Assembly: GCA_964474965.1 (NCBI GenBank)
Contig: CAYYUO010000002.1
Span: 1 to 44,303 of the forward strand
Direction: 5' to 3'
DNA from: an uncultured Dehalococcoidales bacterium
Lineage (GTDB): Bacteria; Chloroflexota; Dehalococcoidia; GIF9; AB-539-J10
DNA length: 44,303 nucleotides
Within the stretch, counting starts at the first letter, position 1, and each line of letters starts with the position of its first letter. The translations under genes and the position numbers were made by a program. Positions 43,409 through 44,303 of this stretch are shown piece after piece. The notes below the pieces were generated by a model, which was not told the origin of the DNA, searched no databases, and saw only the letters and a list, made by a program, of their open reading frames with translations.

Positions 43409-43436
43409 ATTATAACACAAGGAATCAATTAGTCAA
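43409..43436 (-). promoter_or_regulatory. strong sigma70-type promoter for rplJ-rplL
   Basis: Minus strand reads TTGACT (43436-43431), a 16-nt spacer ending in TGT (extended -10), then TATAAT (43414-43409). Confidence 0.55.
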
Positions 43437-43688
43437 AGAATACATCGACTGCAGAAAGCATAAGAAAAGGTGAACCCCTGTCAGGGGGGCCACCTATCGC
43501 ACCTAATTACGTCACACCCTATAGCTTATACATAACTTTTTTGGGAGTACCTCCTTCTTGTTTTTGCTAACAGAAAGAGTACTCGTTGCCGTTAACTATT
43601 TCCACACTTTTTGAGTATACCCCTTGGGAAAACGCATGGCAAGAGAGAACTTTAGTCAAATGTTGCTATAATTATTATTCACTTTGAC

Positions 43689-43718
43689 TTGACATTGGCT
43701 TCATACGAGTGCAATAAT
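43689..43718 (+). promoter_or_regulatory. candidate promoter for the riboswitch-led molybdoenzyme transcript
   Basis: TTGACA (43689-43694), an 18-nt spacer ending in TGc, then AATAAT (43713-43718). Confidence 0.4.
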
Positions 43719-43734
43719 ATTTCCTACGATTGAA

Positions 43735-43830
43735 CATGGCGTTTCTCCGAGCCAGTCTGTCTAACGGGTAATCCTATGATAGATAGCTGATAGGGCATAG
43801 CCGAAAGCGGAGATGCCTCCCGTGTTTGGG
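43735..43830 (+). promoter_or_regulatory. candidate molybdenum-cofactor (Moco) riboswitch aptamer
   Basis: It contains CTCCGAGCC (43745-43753), the internal hairpin CCTAT...ATAGG (43772-43795), CCGAAAGCGG (43801-43810) and GCCTCCCGT (43815-43823) followed by GGGAAGGAG. The order and wording match my recollection of the Moco RNA motif, for example the 3' part of the E. coli moaA leader. It lies upstream of a molybdopterin-dehydrogenase subunit gene. Confidence 0.5.
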
Positions 43831-43872
43831 AAGGAGAAGTGTCTTAGAGAAGAGAGACACCGGAGTTTTTTT
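43817..43872 (+). terminator. terminator-like hairpin plus U7 downstream of, and overlapping, the aptamer 3' end
   Basis: CTCCCGTGT (43817-43825) can pair with ACACCGGAG (43857-43865), with one mismatch, directly before TTTTTTT (43866-43872). A shorter local stem GTGTCT/AGACAC (43839-44 / 43855-60) is an alternative. Confidence 0.4.
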
Positions 43873-44029
43873 AGGCGTCTTATTTTTTGCTAGTGCCCCC
43901 CTATCACTGACGTGGTGGGAGAGGCAAGGGTGGTCTTGTTAGTCATATGCCATCAGGCGGGAAAGTACCAGCAAGACCAAGCTAAGAATACACGTCGGAC
44001 TCAAAAAGAGATACCAGAAGGGAGTAGCC

Positions 44030-44303
44030 GTGATATTACCAAGATTCAAGTTTATCGAGCCGGAAACTCTGGAAGAAGCGTTTGAAATCATGGAGCAAAA
44101 CAAGGGGGATACTGCATTTCTCGCCGGTGGTACCGACCTGCTGGTCAATCTGAAAAAGAAGGTGGTTCATCACAGTGTAATCGTCTCTCTGGAAAAGCTG
44201 GCTGAACTGAAAAATATAGAGTACTCCAATGAAAAGGGCCTTACTCTAGGAGCCATGACTAGGATCAGTGATATCGAAGAATCCCCGGTGCTTAGAGAGA
44301 AAT
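44030..44303 (+). CDS. FAD-binding subunit of a xanthine dehydrogenase/CO dehydrogenase-family molybdoenzyme, N-terminal 91 aa; the gene continues past the right edge
   Basis: My own translation from the GTG at 44030 (GGGAG upstream) gives (M)ILPRFKFIEPETLEEAFEIMEQNKGDTAFLAGGTDLLVNLKKKVVHHSVIVSLEKLAELKNIEYS..GLTLGAMTRISDIEESPVLRE. This is the canonical start of the CoxM/XdhB-type FAD-binding domain. It is absent from the ORF track because no stop lies in the window. Confidence 0.8.
   Translation, partial: MILPRFKFIEPETLEEAFEIMEQNKGDTAFLAGGTDLLVNLKKKVVHHSVIVSLEKLAELKNIEYSNEKGLTLGAMTRISDIEESPVLREK

Noticed and set aside
43470-43490. The hairpin CCCCTG-t-CAGGGG, considered as a terminator.
   Set aside because: No proper U-tract follows on the plus strand. 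On the minus strand no upstream gene would end there. Its function is unclear and the signal is too weak to call.
43939-44148. A 69-aa minus-strand ORF.
   Set aside because: It overlaps, in antisense, the start of the clearly recognisable CoxM/XdhB-type FAD-binding subunit gene, and its translation has no features.
1-44303. A search for CRISPR arrays, tRNA/rRNA genes, IS elements, integrases, toxin-antitoxin pairs and defence-system genes.
   Set aside because: I recognised no repeat-spacer periodicity, cloverleaf-like segments, transposase or recombinase motifs, or defence hallmarks in any frame. The window looks like core metabolism.

Overview
This is a bacterial chromosomal window: yajC, miaB, rplJ-rplL and comM are present. 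I call about 40 protein-coding genes. I saw no rRNA, tRNA, CRISPR array, transposase or phage genes. Two edge genes are missing from the ORF track because they have no stop in the window: nadB (2-787, minus) and an FAD-binding subunit of a molybdopterin dehydrogenase (44030-44303, plus).

From about 9 kb to 40 kb the window is dominated by nitrogen assimilation and glutamine-amidotransferase genes:
- an archaeal-type NrpR regulator in an operon with a hisF paralog and a glutamate-synthase FMN-domain protein;
- pdxT-purSL-purQ and nadE;
- two asnB paralogs, one with a dead glutaminase site;
- amtB-glnK-glnA;
- an orphan OmpR-family regulator;
- a split archaeal-type glutamate synthase whose three pieces are interleaved with hisH and a second hisF, plus a flavoprotein and a poly-ferredoxin.

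A 5.3 kb module at 19.7-25 kb encodes two non-pyrrolysine MttB-family methyltransferases. Each is followed by a corrinoid protein, and the module starts with a stand-alone MetH-activation-domain protein.

The observations I rate highest:
1. hisF is translationally coupled between the GAT and FMN pieces of glutamate synthase, and a second hisF-gltS(FMN) pair sits behind nrpR.
2. Four pentamer boxes at exact 11-nt phasing lie upstream of amtB, beside the orphan regulator. They resemble actinobacterial GlnR boxes.
3. A perfect GGAA-N6-TTCC palindrome abuts the -10 element of the nrpR promoter.
4. The MttB/corrinoid module has no visible second methyltransferase and runs into the asnB pair.
5. bL12 carries an 87-aa Lys/Glu-rich N-terminal extension with four tandem 15-aa repeats.
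6. A candidate Moco riboswitch lies upstream of the molybdoenzyme subunit gene.

All family assignments come from reading the translations by eye. No database search was run. The organism cannot be identified from this window alone.
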